Numbered from the stretch's first letter, positions 1-10,576 are shown. The stretch is DNA of 64,000 bases from an uncultured bacterium (GCA_965372355.1 CBDVBZ010000001.1:54422-118421), one strand, 5' to 3'. The notes: a model not told the origin generated them from the letters alone. Numbers and translations are program-made.

Positions 1-7
1 ACGAAGG

Positions 8-39
8 AAAAGGCGAAAGATTTTGATCTTTCGCCTTTT
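8..39. terminator. Perfect 14-bp inverted repeat AAAAGGCGAAAGAT-tttg-ATCTTTCGCCTTTT with A-tract / GC-core stem / T-tract geometry; candidate bidirectional intrinsic terminator.
   Basis: Read directly: nt 8-21 are the exact reverse complement of nt 26-39, with a 4-nt loop. It lies upstream of the ABC ATPase gene. Confidence 0.45.
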
Positions 40-110
40 CCGTTGGCGGCAACCGGTACGGTTTGTGCAAATACTCCCCCCATGACGACCCGATTGGCAA
101 GTAAGCAATC

Positions 111-1094
111 ATGACCATACTCGAGCTGGATAACATCACGAAGTCGTACTCCGGGGGCTTCCTGGGCAAAAAGCGCCGCGTCTTGACCGATCTGTCGCTG
201 CAAATCGCCCAGGGAGAGGTCTTCGGGCTCCTGGGGCATAACGGCGCAGGGAAGACGACGACGATGGGGGTGATTCTCGGGTTTCTCAGGCCGGACGCGG
301 GTAGGGTCCGTCTCTTTGGTGAGCCGGGCGCCGGGCGCCGGGCACGATCGAGAATCGGCTATATTGGCGATGAGATCGGCCTTTATCCCCAGTTCAACGC
401 CGACGAGACCCTCCAATACATGGGAGAGCTGTGCCGCCTCGAGCGGGCGGTGCTTGCCGAACGCAAAAGCGGCCTGCTCAAGCTGGTGGGTCTGGCGCCC
501 CACGCGAGAGTGCCGGTCAAACGTTATTCGAAGGGGATGCGTCAACGCCTTGGAATCGCGCTTGCCCTCCTCAACGATCCGGAGCTTCTCATTCTCGATG
601 AGCCGTACAGCGGACTCGACCCGATCGGGCGCCGGCTGGTCAGAAAGCTCCTTTTGGGTCTGAAAGACGAGGGCAGAACGATCCTTCTCTCCTCGCACAT
701 CGTTCCCGATGTCGAGGCGGTCTGTGACCGTGTGGGGATCCTGCGCAACGGTCAGATCCGGGAGTGTCTCGCCCTCAAGGACATCTATGCGCAGAAATCG
801 GCGCCGGTCGAGGTCTCCGTATCGGGTGTCGACGCAAACACCTTCGATCGTGACCGGACGGTCGAGATCATCTATCGGCACCACGATGCGATCGTGATGA
901 AATGCAGCTCGCGCGGACACGTCAAGGACCTGATCTCACGGGTATATGGTATGGGTGGTACCGTGCTCGAGGTCAAACCGCTGAAATTCAATCTCGAAGA
1001 CTATCTACTCGAGGCCCTGGGTGATACCGAGGTGCTCGAGGATGCGGACCCCATTTCACTTCCAACGGAGCGACAGACACATGCGTCTCCCTGA
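111..1094 (+). CDS. ABC transporter ATP-binding protein (ABC-2 / PilH-like family).
   Basis: Walker A GHNGAGKTT, ABC signature YSKGMRQRLGIALAL, Walker B LLILDEPYSGLD; full ORF in track. Confidence 0.85.
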   Translation: MTILELDNITKSYSGGFLGKKRRVLTDLSLQIAQGEVFGLLGHNGAGKTTTMGVILGFLRPDAGRVRLFGEPGAGRRARSRIGYIGDEIGLYPQFNADETLQYMGELCRLERAVLAERKSGLLKLVGLAPHARVPVKRYSKGMRQRLGIALALLNDPELLILDEPYSGLDPIGRRLVRKLLLGLKDEGRTILLSSHIVPDVEAVCDRVGILRNGQIRECLALKDIYAQKSAPVEVSVSGVDANTFDRDRTVEIIYRHHDAIVMKCSSRGHVKDLISRVYGMGGTVLEVKPLKFNLEDYLLEALGDTEVLEDADPISLPTERQTHASP

Positions 1095-1869
1095 CCGCCT
1101 GTCCACACCCGCATGGGTTATCACGCGCTATACCGTGCTGGGTTATATCAAAGAGCGGGTGCTTCTCGTTGTGCTCATCTTTGCGTTCATCCTGATGGTT
1201 TCCTCGTACGTGCTCGCGCCGCTCGCCGTCGGCGCCCAGAAGAAGATCATCATCGACATCGGTCTGGCATCGATCTCGATATTCGGCGTCTTGCTCGTCA
1301 TTCTGCTTGGCGCGAGCAGTTTTTCACGCGAAAAGGAGAGGGGCATTCTCCCCAGCCTCCTGGCCAGACCGATCAGCCGGGTTGATTTTGTCCTTGGCAA
1401 GTATCTGGGGACGGTTCTGACCATCTGGATGGTCATGGCCGTGATGGCTCTCGTGTATATCTTCGTTTCGTTCTTGAGCCACAGCGCCCTCCATCAAACG
1501 ATCTTTGTCGCCATGTATCTGTCGGCGGTCGAAGTCGCACTGATCACGGCGGTGATGACGTTCTTCTCGTCTTTTACGACACCGCTTCTCAGCTCGTTTT
1601 TTACGCTCTGTGTGTTTATTGCCGGCCACTTGAGCAAGGATCTTCTGGCATTTACGGAGCATTTTGGCCACGCGGTCTTGAAGGTCGCGTCGTCGGTCGG
1701 GTACTACGTGCTGCCAAACCTCTCTTTGTTCAATGTCAGACCGGAAGCTGTTCACAACCTCCCGTTGATGGAGGACTTCGCGGGTACCGCCACAATGTAT
1801 GCGGCGTTTTATATCGCCTGTCTGCTCTTCCTGAGTTCGGTGATATTCAGACGCAAGGATGTGACGTGA
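1081..1869 (+). CDS. ABC-2 type transporter permease (multi-pass membrane protein).
   Basis: Start chosen at MRLPDRL (nt 1081) to avoid overlap with the upstream ATPase. Six or more hydrophobic segments; immediately follows the ATPase. Confidence 0.7.
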   Translation: MRLPDRLSTPAWVITRYTVLGYIKERVLLVVLIFAFILMVSSYVLAPLAVGAQKKIIIDIGLASISIFGVLLVILLGASSFSREKERGILPSLLARPISRVDFVLGKYLGTVLTIWMVMAVMALVYIFVSFLSHSALHQTIFVAMYLSAVEVALITAVMTFFSSFTTPLLSSFFTLCVFIAGHLSKDLLAFTEHFGHAVLKVASSVGYYVLPNLSLFNVRPEAVHNLPLMEDFAGTATMYAAFYIACLLFLSSVIFRRKDVT

Positions 1870-2558
1870 TGACGACGGGGCGGCGGCGCACCGTCACGCT
1901 CTGGGTCACGGGCGCGCTTTTTCTTGCCGGTCTCGTTTTTGCCACGGCGCGCGCGCAGGAGTACCGCCAACGGCCGTACCTCCACGAGAGCCTCTATCTA
2001 CCCAGCGGCGCGTTTCTCGACGAGGCGTCGTTGAGCTACAACCAGCTCGCGGCCGATCTGGTCTGGTTCTCGGCCGTTCAGTACTACGGTGAGTATCGAA
2101 AGGGCGATCACAGCCTGGCCTACTTCGAGGGGCTGATCGACATCGTCACGACGCTGGACCCGAACTTCATTTTTGCCTGGGTGTTCGGAGCGTGGGTGAT
2201 GAGCGAGGATCTGGGTGATTTCGAGCGAGGCACGGACATCCTCAGACGCGGAATGGCGAAGAATCCAACATCCTGGGAGTTGCCGTTCGAGATCGGATTT
2301 CTCCACTTCGCGAATCGCGTTGATTACCAGATCGCCAGCCGGTACTTGGAACTCGCGTCACGAATGCCGAATGCACCGGAGCGCGCCAGGCGTTTTGCCG
2401 CGTTTGTCTACCAGAGAGCCGGTGAAGAAGACTCGGCGATACGGTTGTGGCAAGCCTACAAGGAATACACGGACAGCCCCCAACTAAAGGAAATGGCCGA
2501 GCGATACATCCGGAAGCTCGAGCGAGGAGAGAGAATCCCGGGTCAGGTGTCACGATGA
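1866..2558 (+). CDS. Hypothetical membrane-anchored/secreted protein (N-terminal hydrophobic anchor); possible accessory component of the ABC module (PilG-like by position only).
   Basis: ORF overlaps the permease stop (GTGATGA); N-terminal TM segment TLWVTGALFLAGLVFA; no recognisable catalytic motif. Confidence 0.45.
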   Translation: MMTTGRRRTVTLWVTGALFLAGLVFATARAQEYRQRPYLHESLYLPSGAFLDEASLSYNQLAADLVWFSAVQYYGEYRKGDHSLAYFEGLIDIVTTLDPNFIFAWVFGAWVMSEDLGDFERGTDILRRGMAKNPTSWELPFEIGFLHFANRVDYQIASRYLELASRMPNAPERARRFAAFVYQRAGEEDSAIRLWQAYKEYTDSPQLKEMAERYIRKLERGERIPGQVSR

Positions 2559-3322
2559 CCACAGAGCCGGCAACACTGGTTCTCGCCGCCTTTTCCGGCA
2601 TGATCATTGGGAGCTTTCTCAATGTGTTGATATACCGGCTTCCCCGGGAATCATCGGTTGTCACGGGCAGATCGAAATGTCCCCACTGCAGCACCACAAT
2701 ACGCTGGTTCGACAACGTCCCGGTGTTGAGCTATCTGCTTTTGGCGGGACGCTGCCGGCAGTGCCGCAAGCGCATCTCTTACGTTTATCCCGTCATCGAG
2801 CTCGTGTCCGCGGCCGTGGCAGTGCTCGCCGTGTATAGTTTTGGAGTCACAGTCAAGGCGCTGTGGATCTACGTTTTTCTCGCGGTACTCCTTGTCATCA
2901 CGGTTATCGATTGGCACCACAGGATCATACCCGACGTTCTCTCCGTCGGCGGCGTGCTGTTCGGTTGGGTGGGATCCATTGTCTGTCTCGATATCGGCCT
3001 GGTCGAGTCGTTTATCGGCTCGCTCGTCGGCGGCGGTCTGCTGCTCGCAATCGCCCTCCTCTACCGGGCCGTTCGCAAGATCGACGGCATGGGAGGGGGA
3101 GACGTCAAATTGATGGCGATGATCGGGGCATTTCTGGGGTGGCAAATGGTGTTCCCGGTGCTTTTTATCGCCTCGCTCCTGGGGTCGGTCTATGGGCTGT
3201 TTTTGATGACCCGGGGTGGCACCGGCAAGACGGCGGTCGCGTTTGGGTCATTTCTCGCCCCATCGGCCATCGTGGTCCTGCTTGTCGGACAACGACTTTG
3301 GAGCTTCTACCTGGGTCATTAA
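2555..3322 (+). CDS. pilD: Type IV prepilin leader peptidase / N-methyltransferase (peptidase A24).
   Basis: N-terminal GSFLNVLIYRLP, tetracysteine CPHC...CRQC, catalytic region GGGDVKLMAMIGAFLGW, multiple TM helices. Start at MTTEP (nt 2555), 4-nt overlap with the upstream ORF. Confidence 0.85.
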   Translation: MTTEPATLVLAAFSGMIIGSFLNVLIYRLPRESSVVTGRSKCPHCSTTIRWFDNVPVLSYLLLAGRCRQCRKRISYVYPVIELVSAAVAVLAVYSFGVTVKALWIYVFLAVLLVITVIDWHHRIIPDVLSVGGVLFGWVGSIVCLDIGLVESFIGSLVGGGLLLAIALLYRAVRKIDGMGGGDVKLMAMIGAFLGWQMVFPVLFIASLLGSVYGLFLMTRGGTGKTAVAFGSFLAPSAIVVLLVGQRLWSFYLGH

Positions 3323-3457
3323 CCACAGTGCCAACCGTTGCATTTGCGCGCTGCACCTTGCAAAAAGGGTCTGGCCCCGAAGGGCGCGTAGTTGGGCGGA
3401 CATCCAGTAACTGACTAATTCACAGCAAGTTAAACTGGTTCACACAGAGGGCTGGAG

Positions 3458-3472
3458 TGGCATATTTGTTGC
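3458..3472 (+). promoter_or_regulatory. Sigma-54-like -24/-12 element TGGCAT-N5-TTGC (GG-N10-GC spacing) about 110 nt upstream of pilM.
   Basis: Read directly: gagTGGCATatttgTTGCgtg. Type IV pilus genes are often RpoN-dependent. Confidence 0.3.
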
Positions 3473-3580
3473 GTGCCAGAGCCACGGCAGTCAAAACCCA
3501 TTGTTATTTCGAATCATGGGGAAGGGCTCAAACGACCCGTAGGTTCCCGATAACTCCGTGATGCAAGGCTGGTAGAGACT

Positions 3581-4639
3581 ATGAAGCTGTTCGCAAAGAA
3601 AAGCAACGCGTCGATCGGGTTGGATATCGGCTCGAGCCTGATCAAGATCGTCGAAATCGACCATTCGAAGGGCGATCCGATTCTGAAGAACTACGGCGTT
3701 ACGAAGCTCCCGCCGGAAGCCATCGTCGAGGGTGAGATCATGGATCGCAGTCTCGTCATCGAGGGTATCCAGGAGTGTATGACAAAGGCCAACCTCACGA
3801 GAGAGAACGTGATCACGGCCGTATCCGGACGTGCCGTGATCGTCAAAAAGATCATCATGGACAAGATGAACCCGGACGACGCCAAAGAAGCGATCTTCTG
3901 GGAGGCCGAACAACACGTGCCGTTTGACATCGATGACGTCTGTCTGGATTTCCAGGTTTTGAAAGAGGACGTCGGCGCGAACCAGATGGAGATTCTTCTG
4001 GTTGCTGCAAAGAAAGAGATGGTCAACACACACGCCGATCTGATCCGCGATGCCGGACTCAATCCCGTCATCATCGATGTCGACTCGTTCGCCGTTCAAA
4101 ACGCCTATGAGTTCACATCCGGTGGTTCGCAAGAGCGGGTCACCGGTCTTATCAATATCGGTTCGGATGTTACGAATATCAATATCGTCCAGAACAGCAT
4201 GCCGCTGTTTACCCGAGACCTCAGCGTGGGAAGCAACGCGTTTATCGAGGCGCTCCAGCGAGACCTTGGCGTCAGCTTCGAGGAAGCCGAGCTGATGGTC
4301 AGCGGTGAGAGCGAGATGGAGGACGCCGATAAGTGCCGCGAAATCATCTCCGCCGCCTCCAAAGAGCTTTCGATGGGTATCGAGAGATCGCTCTCTTTTC
4401 TGAGAACCGCGGGAGACGCCGAGCAACTCGATGAGGCCGTGCTCAGCGGCGGCGGCGCGCGAATCCCGTGGCTGAGAGAGATACTGAGCGAGCAGCACAA
4501 CATGGAATTCGTCATCAATGATCCGTTGAGCGGTGTCGAACGAGACGAGACCCTGACCGAAGCGGAGGAGCTCGATCGACTTTCCCCGCTTCTCAGCGTC
4601 TCGCTGGGCCTCGCACTCAGAAGGGAGGGGGAGCAATGA
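3581..4639 (+). CDS. pilM: Type IV pilus assembly protein PilM (actin-like ATPase fold).
   Basis: N-terminal IGLDIGSSLIKIVE, actin/FtsA-like motifs; followed by pilNOPQ. Confidence 0.9.
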   Translation: MKLFAKKSNASIGLDIGSSLIKIVEIDHSKGDPILKNYGVTKLPPEAIVEGEIMDRSLVIEGIQECMTKANLTRENVITAVSGRAVIVKKIIMDKMNPDDAKEAIFWEAEQHVPFDIDDVCLDFQVLKEDVGANQMEILLVAAKKEMVNTHADLIRDAGLNPVIIDVDSFAVQNAYEFTSGGSQERVTGLINIGSDVTNINIVQNSMPLFTRDLSVGSNAFIEALQRDLGVSFEEAELMVSGESEMEDADKCREIISAASKELSMGIERSLSFLRTAGDAEQLDEAVLSGGGARIPWLREILSEQHNMEFVINDPLSGVERDETLTEAEELDRLSPLLSVSLGLALRREGEQ

Positions 4640-5205
4640 TTCGGATAAACCTACTCCCGGAATCGGAAAGAAAGACAAAACGTTCGTTCAAGCTGCCGAG
4701 TTTCTCGGGTGGTGGCCCCAAATTGGTCTGGCTCGTGGCCGGAGTTATCATTTTCGCGGGGATGATTACCGCGATGTCGATGCTTCAGGGTCGAAAGGTT
4801 CGTGAATACGAAGAGAAGATCGCCGAGGCAAAGTTAGAGGCCCAAGAGTTGGCGCCACAGCTGGAGAGAATCAGAAAGCTGACGCGGGAGAGAGAAGAGG
4901 TCAACAGACGGCTCGCTGTCATCGCAATGCTCGACAGAGACCGCTATTTTCGCGTGCAGCTTCTAAATGACATCAGCCTGCAGTTACCGACCAACACCTG
5001 GCTGACTTCGGTCAAGGAGCGCGGTGGCACGTCGATGACGATTGAAGGCGTCACGTTCTCCAACTATCTGATTGCAGATCTGATGAACAACCTTGAAAAA
5101 ACAAACCGCTTTACCGCGGTGGATTTGAATATCGCGCAGGAGGGCAAGATCCTGGACAACAGGGTGATCAAGTTCACCCTGCAATCTAACGTATCCCCCA
5201 GGTAG
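4636..5205 (+). CDS. pilN: Type IV pilus assembly protein PilN.
   Basis: Hallmark N-terminus MIRINLLPE, single TM, coiled coil; ATGA overlap with pilM. Confidence 0.85.
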   Translation: MIRINLLPESERKTKRSFKLPSFSGGGPKLVWLVAGVIIFAGMITAMSMLQGRKVREYEEKIAEAKLEAQELAPQLERIRKLTREREEVNRRLAVIAMLDRDRYFRVQLLNDISLQLPTNTWLTSVKERGGTSMTIEGVTFSNYLIADLMNNLEKTNRFTAVDLNIAQEGKILDNRVIKFTLQSNVSPR

Positions 5206-5232
5206 CCGTGTGAGAGTGCAGAAAGGTCTGTC

Positions 5233-5853
5233 ATGAATCTGAGAGATCCAAACGTTCAGAAAATACTACTGGGAATCGTGGTCGTCACCGTTGTGAGTTA
5301 CCTGTACTTCGGCACGAAGCTCATGCCGTTCTGCTATCAGGTTCGCAAGGCGCGGATCGAAGAGATGGAGCAGGAGTACGCCAAGCTCAGCGCGGATCTC
5401 GAGAAGGCGCGACAGACAGTCGGCAAGCTCGCCCAGTTGGAGGCGGAGTATAAGAGGCTTCACGAGCAGTGGGTCTCGGCGCAGGAGCTTCTGCCCGAGG
5501 AAGAGGAGATGCCGGATCTTCTGCGCAAGGTTACGACCGCGGGCGCCAGGGCGGGCGTAGAGTTTATGCTTTTTCAGCCCGGAGACCCCCAGATTCAGCA
5601 GGAATACAAGACACACCCAGTGAAGATCCGTGTTCGGGGCGGGTTCCATCAGCTGGGTATCTTCCTTAGCCGTCTTGCGAATCTCGATCGGATTGTCAAT
5701 GTGAGCGAACTGAATGTCTACGCGACCGGCAAGCCATCGAAATCCAAGAAGAGGAATGGGAAAGACAGATATGCGATTGAAGCCGATTTTACACTGACCG
5801 CGCACACACTATATGCCGGAGGCGTCCAAGATGAGATGGTCCCGCAAGAGTAA
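5233..5853 (+). CDS. pilO: Type IV pilus assembly protein PilO.
   Basis: TM helix plus coiled-coil plus C-terminal domain; position between pilN and pilP/pilQ. Confidence 0.75.
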   Translation: MNLRDPNVQKILLGIVVVTVVSYLYFGTKLMPFCYQVRKARIEEMEQEYAKLSADLEKARQTVGKLAQLEAEYKRLHEQWVSAQELLPEEEEMPDLLRKVTTAGARAGVEFMLFQPGDPQIQQEYKTHPVKIRVRGGFHQLGIFLSRLANLDRIVNVSELNVYATGKPSKSKKRNGKDRYAIEADFTLTAHTLYAGGVQDEMVPQE

Positions 5854-6283
5854 CGTCAGCATGTCATTGACAATCGCTTTGGCCGCCGTCGTTCTTGCGG
5901 TCGTGGTTTTCAACGATAGCGTCGGACGGGCGGAGTCGACGAAAAAAGCAAAGCTGAGAGACAATAACTACTATTACAGCGCGTTCAACCGCCGAGATCC
6001 CTTCCGGTCTCTGATCGTCGGAGAGTTCATTAGCGAAAAGCGGATGTCGCCCGTCGATCTCGGAAGAGTCGAACTGGTCGGCATTATCAGAGGAGACCTG
6101 GATCGGTTTGCGTTGCTAGAGGATAACAAGGGATTCGCATATATCTTGAAGGTTGGCGATCGAATCAAAAACGGCAGCATTGTCGCCATAGGAGATCGGT
6201 CGATGGTAGCAAGGGTTACCAACTTTGGACAGACGCGCAAGTTCACTCTACACCTTGCCCGAGCAGAAGGAGACAGAAAATGA
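5831..6283 (+). CDS. pilP: Type IV pilus assembly lipoprotein PilP-like.
   Basis: Signal/TM segment MSLTIALAAVVLAVVVF; a GGAGG RBS sits 8 nt before the ATG at 5831; positional (between pilO and pilQ, ATGA overlap with pilQ). Start uncertain (5813/5831/5861). Confidence 0.55.
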   Translation: MRWSRKSNVSMSLTIALAAVVLAVVVFNDSVGRAESTKKAKLRDNNYYYSAFNRRDPFRSLIVGEFISEKRMSPVDLGRVELVGIIRGDLDRFALLEDNKGFAYILKVGDRIKNGSIVAIGDRSMVARVTNFGQTRKFTLHLARAEGDRK

Positions 6284-8214
6284 AACAGCTCTTCTTGATC
6301 CGCAAATCGGTGGGTGCCGCCTCACTTGCCGCGGCGCTGATACTGAGCACCATAGCAAGCGGCGACGCTTCAAAAATCAGCTCGCTGAGGATCGAACCGC
6401 ACAGCGGGTCGTCGAGCTATGTTATTTCAAAATCTGGAGCTCTGGATGTGCGGGATTTTGTTATGGAGGATCCGCCCAGGCTCGTGTTGGACTTCATCGG
6501 CGCCCGCCACGAACTGGCTCAGACACGGTTCGATGGCGACGGTAGATTCGTCAAGTCCGTCAGGTCTAGTCAGTTTACGAGCGAGCCCGATCAGATCACG
6601 CGCGTCGTGTTCGATCTCAGTGGTGACGTCGGCTACAGTGTGTCGAACGAGGTGCACGCGGTAACGGTGAGCTTCTTTCCAAAGAATGGTGATCCGAGCA
6701 AACGCGTGCCAAAGACGATGGCGAGCTCGGTGCCGGTCGTGGCCGACGCCAGTCTGGGTTCGATGGTAGATTCCAAGCCGGCCTGGGACCCGGCCGCTCG
6801 CAATCAGGCGGGGCAGAAGGATAAAGCAAAGGCGACCCCGCCGGCTCAGGGCGATGACTCCAAGCCGGCGTGGGATGCCAAGCCGAAGGCAATGGACGTT
6901 GCCGTGCCCGGGGAGGCGCCGAAACCGAAGTGGGTGACGCAGAACCCGAGCGCATCGACCAAGAAGCCGGCCCAGGCAACGGCGGCATCCTCGTCGCGCC
7001 AGAGCCTGCAGTCGTTTGCGTCGAATACGGGGCTCGTTCGCAACAAGAATATGACGATCGATGTTCAGAACGCCCACATCAGAACGGTGCTCCGTAGCAT
7101 GTCGGAGTTCTCGGGCGTAAACATCATCGCCGGACCCGAGGTGGAGGGCAATGTAACCGCCCATCTGCGCGACGTACCCTGGCGGCAGGCGCTCGAGACC
7201 ATACTCAGATCATACGGCTTCGGCTGGCGCGAGGAGTACGGGATAATCCGTGTCTCCACGCTCGATAAGCTGACCCGGGAGGAACTCGAGCTGCAGGCCG
7301 CGGAGCGCCAGAAAGACGATCTCCTGCCGCTCGTGACGGAAATCATCCAGCTGAGCTATGCAAACGCGGGCGAGATAAAGAAAGCTCTAAAGGAAATGAC
7401 AACCTCGCGCGGGAGCATCGAGATCGAGGCCAGCAACAACGCCCTCGTCGTCCAGGATATCCAGAGGTTCGTCGACAAGATCGGCGCGATGGTCGAAGAG
7501 CTCGACCGCAAGACTAAGCAGGTCGAGATCGTCGCGAAGATGGTCGATGTTGACTTCGAGGCTTCCCGCGAGATCGGTATCCGTTGGGATGCCCTGAACA
7601 TCTCCGGGACCAACGCCAGCGCGGTCGGTGACGCCATCATCGACGCTGGGTTGGCGGATCCCGTTGCAAGATTCCGGGTTGGAACGGTGCAGTCGTGGGG
7701 GGAGCTCCTCTTCATCCTCGATATGCTCGAGAAGGAGCAGAAAGCTAACATCATCTCGAACCCGAGAATCGTCACTGCGGACAACCGCGAGGCGAGCATC
7801 CTCGTTGGCAAACAGATCCCCTTGATCGTGTCCGACGAAGCCGGCAACCCGATTACCGAACTCACCAAAGTGGGTATCATCCTGCGGGTCACTCCGCACG
7901 TGAACCAGGACAACACCGTGACGTTGGATCTGCATCCCGAGGTCAGCGAGCTGAGCGCTCAGGCGACCGTTCAGGGCGGTGTGATCATATCTCTCAGCGA
8001 AGCCGACACGCGCGTCGTCGTCGGCCATGGCGAGACCGCCGTGATCGGTGGCTTGATCAGCGAGGTGGAGAGCACGTTGGAGAGGGGGGTGCCTGGGCTG
8101 ATGAAAATCCCTTATCTCGGAGGCCTCTTCAAGTCGAAGAGCACAACAAAGAAGAAGCGCGAGCTGATTATCTTCGTGACACCGAAGATCGTGGATAACA
8201 TGGCGAGCAACTAG
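6280..8214 (+). CDS. pilQ: Type IV pilus secretin PilQ.
   Basis: Signal peptide, AMIN-like N-domain, Ala/Pro/Lys-rich linker. Secretin C-domain NIISNPRIVTADNREASILVGKQIPL...VIGGLISE...GVPGLMKIPYLGGLFKS...IFVTPKIV. Confidence 0.9.
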   Translation: MKQLFLIRKSVGAASLAAALILSTIASGDASKISSLRIEPHSGSSSYVISKSGALDVRDFVMEDPPRLVLDFIGARHELAQTRFDGDGRFVKSVRSSQFTSEPDQITRVVFDLSGDVGYSVSNEVHAVTVSFFPKNGDPSKRVPKTMASSVPVVADASLGSMVDSKPAWDPAARNQAGQKDKAKATPPAQGDDSKPAWDAKPKAMDVAVPGEAPKPKWVTQNPSASTKKPAQATAASSSRQSLQSFASNTGLVRNKNMTIDVQNAHIRTVLRSMSEFSGVNIIAGPEVEGNVTAHLRDVPWRQALETILRSYGFGWREEYGIIRVSTLDKLTREELELQAAERQKDDLLPLVTEIIQLSYANAGEIKKALKEMTTSRGSIEIEASNNALVVQDIQRFVDKIGAMVEELDRKTKQVEIVAKMVDVDFEASREIGIRWDALNISGTNASAVGDAIIDAGLADPVARFRVGTVQSWGELLFILDMLEKEQKANIISNPRIVTADNREASILVGKQIPLIVSDEAGNPITELTKVGIILRVTPHVNQDNTVTLDLHPEVSELSAQATVQGGVIISLSEADTRVVVGHGETAVIGGLISEVESTLERGVPGLMKIPYLGGLFKSKSTTKKKRELIIFVTPKIVDNMASN

Positions 8215-8245
8215 GCAACCGCGCGAATACCCGGTCCGCTGACAG

Positions 8246-8288
8246 AAGGCGGCGAAGCAAATCACTTGCTTTGCCGCCTTCGTGCATT
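8246..8288 (+). terminator. Rho-independent terminator after pilQ: 16-bp stem GAAGGCGGCGAAGCAA / TTGCTTTGCCGCCTTC (one G-U), 5-nt loop, followed by a GCAUUU tail.
   Basis: Read directly from nt 8246-8281; the pil operon ends here and the next gene starts at 8361. Confidence 0.55.
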
Positions 8289-8360
8289 TAACGTGGTGGC
8301 AATTGCATGCCGGCGCCCGGTCGTCGCCGGCGTCGGGGGAGGATCGCGGGCGATGATTAG

Positions 8361-8930
8361 ATGACTAGAGGAAAGCGTCGTGTACGGGTGATCGGGGGAG
8401 AGCTAAAGGGCAGGTTGCTCGACTACCCCCAGCAAGGCCTTTCGCGGCCGACGATGCAGCGGACCAAATCCTCCGTCTTCGAGTCTATCGGGCGGTCGAT
8501 TAACGGCGCTGTGTTCGTCGATCTCTATGCCGCGGCAGGCGGTATCGGCATCGAGGCTTTGAGCCGCGGTGCGCACTTTGTCTGTTTCGCGGAGGACGAC
8601 CGCGGCGCACTCCGATACCTTCATCGCAATCTCGAGAATTGCCGCGTAGCGGCCGAGCGCTACCGCGTGTACGCGGGTGATGTAACGGCGTTTCTCAAGG
8701 GGCGCCTCGACAAACTGGCGCCCGATATCATCTATGCGGATCCTCCCTACCACGACACGGACTTCGGCGTTTTGCTGGAGTTGTTGGGCGAGATCGTTTA
8801 TCCTCAACCTGTGATGATCGTCGTCGAGCACCCGACGGGTCTGATGGCGACCGACGTACCGGGTCTCGCCCGATCCAGAGTGAGGTCGTTCGGGCAGACC
8901 ACGGTAAGTTTCTTTTTAGCAGGTGAATAG
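8361..8930 (+). CDS. rsmD: 16S rRNA (guanine966-N2)-methyltransferase RsmD.
   Basis: SAM-binding DLYAAAGGIGIEALSRGA and DPPY motif; conserved rsmD-coaD adjacency. Confidence 0.8.
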   Translation: MTRGKRRVRVIGGELKGRLLDYPQQGLSRPTMQRTKSSVFESIGRSINGAVFVDLYAAAGGIGIEALSRGAHFVCFAEDDRGALRYLHRNLENCRVAAERYRVYAGDVTAFLKGRLDKLAPDIIYADPPYHDTDFGVLLELLGEIVYPQPVMIVVEHPTGLMATDVPGLARSRVRSFGQTTVSFFLAGE

Positions 8931-9007
8931 CGGTGCGTTGAGCCGCAGGGCCGCGAGACGTAAGGGGCGTGGCGACCGGCCGACGAGCGGGGAGGAGGTA
9001 TGGTTCC

Positions 9008-9487
9008 ATGATAAGGGCCCTCTATCCGGGCACGTTCGACCCGATTACGAACGGGCACGTTGATATCATAGAGCGGGCAAGCCGTATTGTGGACTCTCTG
9101 GTCGTGGCGGTCGCCAAACGGCACGGGAAGGATACGATGTTTCCTCTCGCGACGAGAAAGCGTCTGGTGAGCGAGAGCGTCAAGGGCATGACGTCGGTCG
9201 AGGTCATCACGCTGCCGGGCCTCCTTGCCGAGGAAATCAGAAAGCGGGAGATCGATATGGTGATTCGCGGATTGCGTGCCGTATCGGATTTCGAGTACGA
9301 GATGATGATGGCGTTGATGAATCGCAAGCTGTACCCGGCCTTTGAAACCGTTTTCCTCATGCCGAGCCTGCGATACGTCTACCTGCACAGTTCTCTGGTC
9401 CGCGAGGTGCATTCGTTGGGTGGTGACGTGTCGGATCTGGTTCCGGAGCCGGTGTGGGAAGCGCTCCAGAAAAAGAAGAAAAGGTAG
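9008..9487 (+). CDS. coaD: Phosphopantetheine adenylyltransferase.
   Basis: MIRALYPGTFDPITNGHVDII (T/HxGH nucleotidyltransferase motif); size about 160 aa. Confidence 0.9.
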   Translation: MIRALYPGTFDPITNGHVDIIERASRIVDSLVVAVAKRHGKDTMFPLATRKRLVSESVKGMTSVEVITLPGLLAEEIRKREIDMVIRGLRAVSDFEYEMMMALMNRKLYPAFETVFLMPSLRYVYLHSSLVREVHSLGGDVSDLVPEPVWEALQKKKKR

Positions 9488-10561
<1,074 letters not shown>

Positions 10562-10576
10562 CGCAACATCTGGGAG

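Noticed and set aside
2447-2554. Upstream extension of the pilD ORF (MASLQGIHG...)
   Set aside because: Overlaps the preceding gene. The conserved prepilin-peptidase N-terminus begins at MTTEP (2555) with a 4-nt overlap, which is the more parsimonious start.
3323-3580. Search for tRNA/ncRNA genes in the larger intergenic gaps (3323-3580, 12987-13251, 27682-27964, 34281-34539, 36721-36905, 57196-57524)
   Set aside because: No cloverleaf-compatible sequence, no RNase P / SRP / tmRNA hallmark sequences noticed by eye. This cannot be excluded without a covariance-model scan (tRNAscan-SE/Infernal).
3491-4678. 395-aa ORF on the - strand
   Set aside because: Entirely antisense to pilM, which has strong family motifs. 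Long antisense ORFs are expected by chance in GC-rich DNA, and this one has no recognisable domain.
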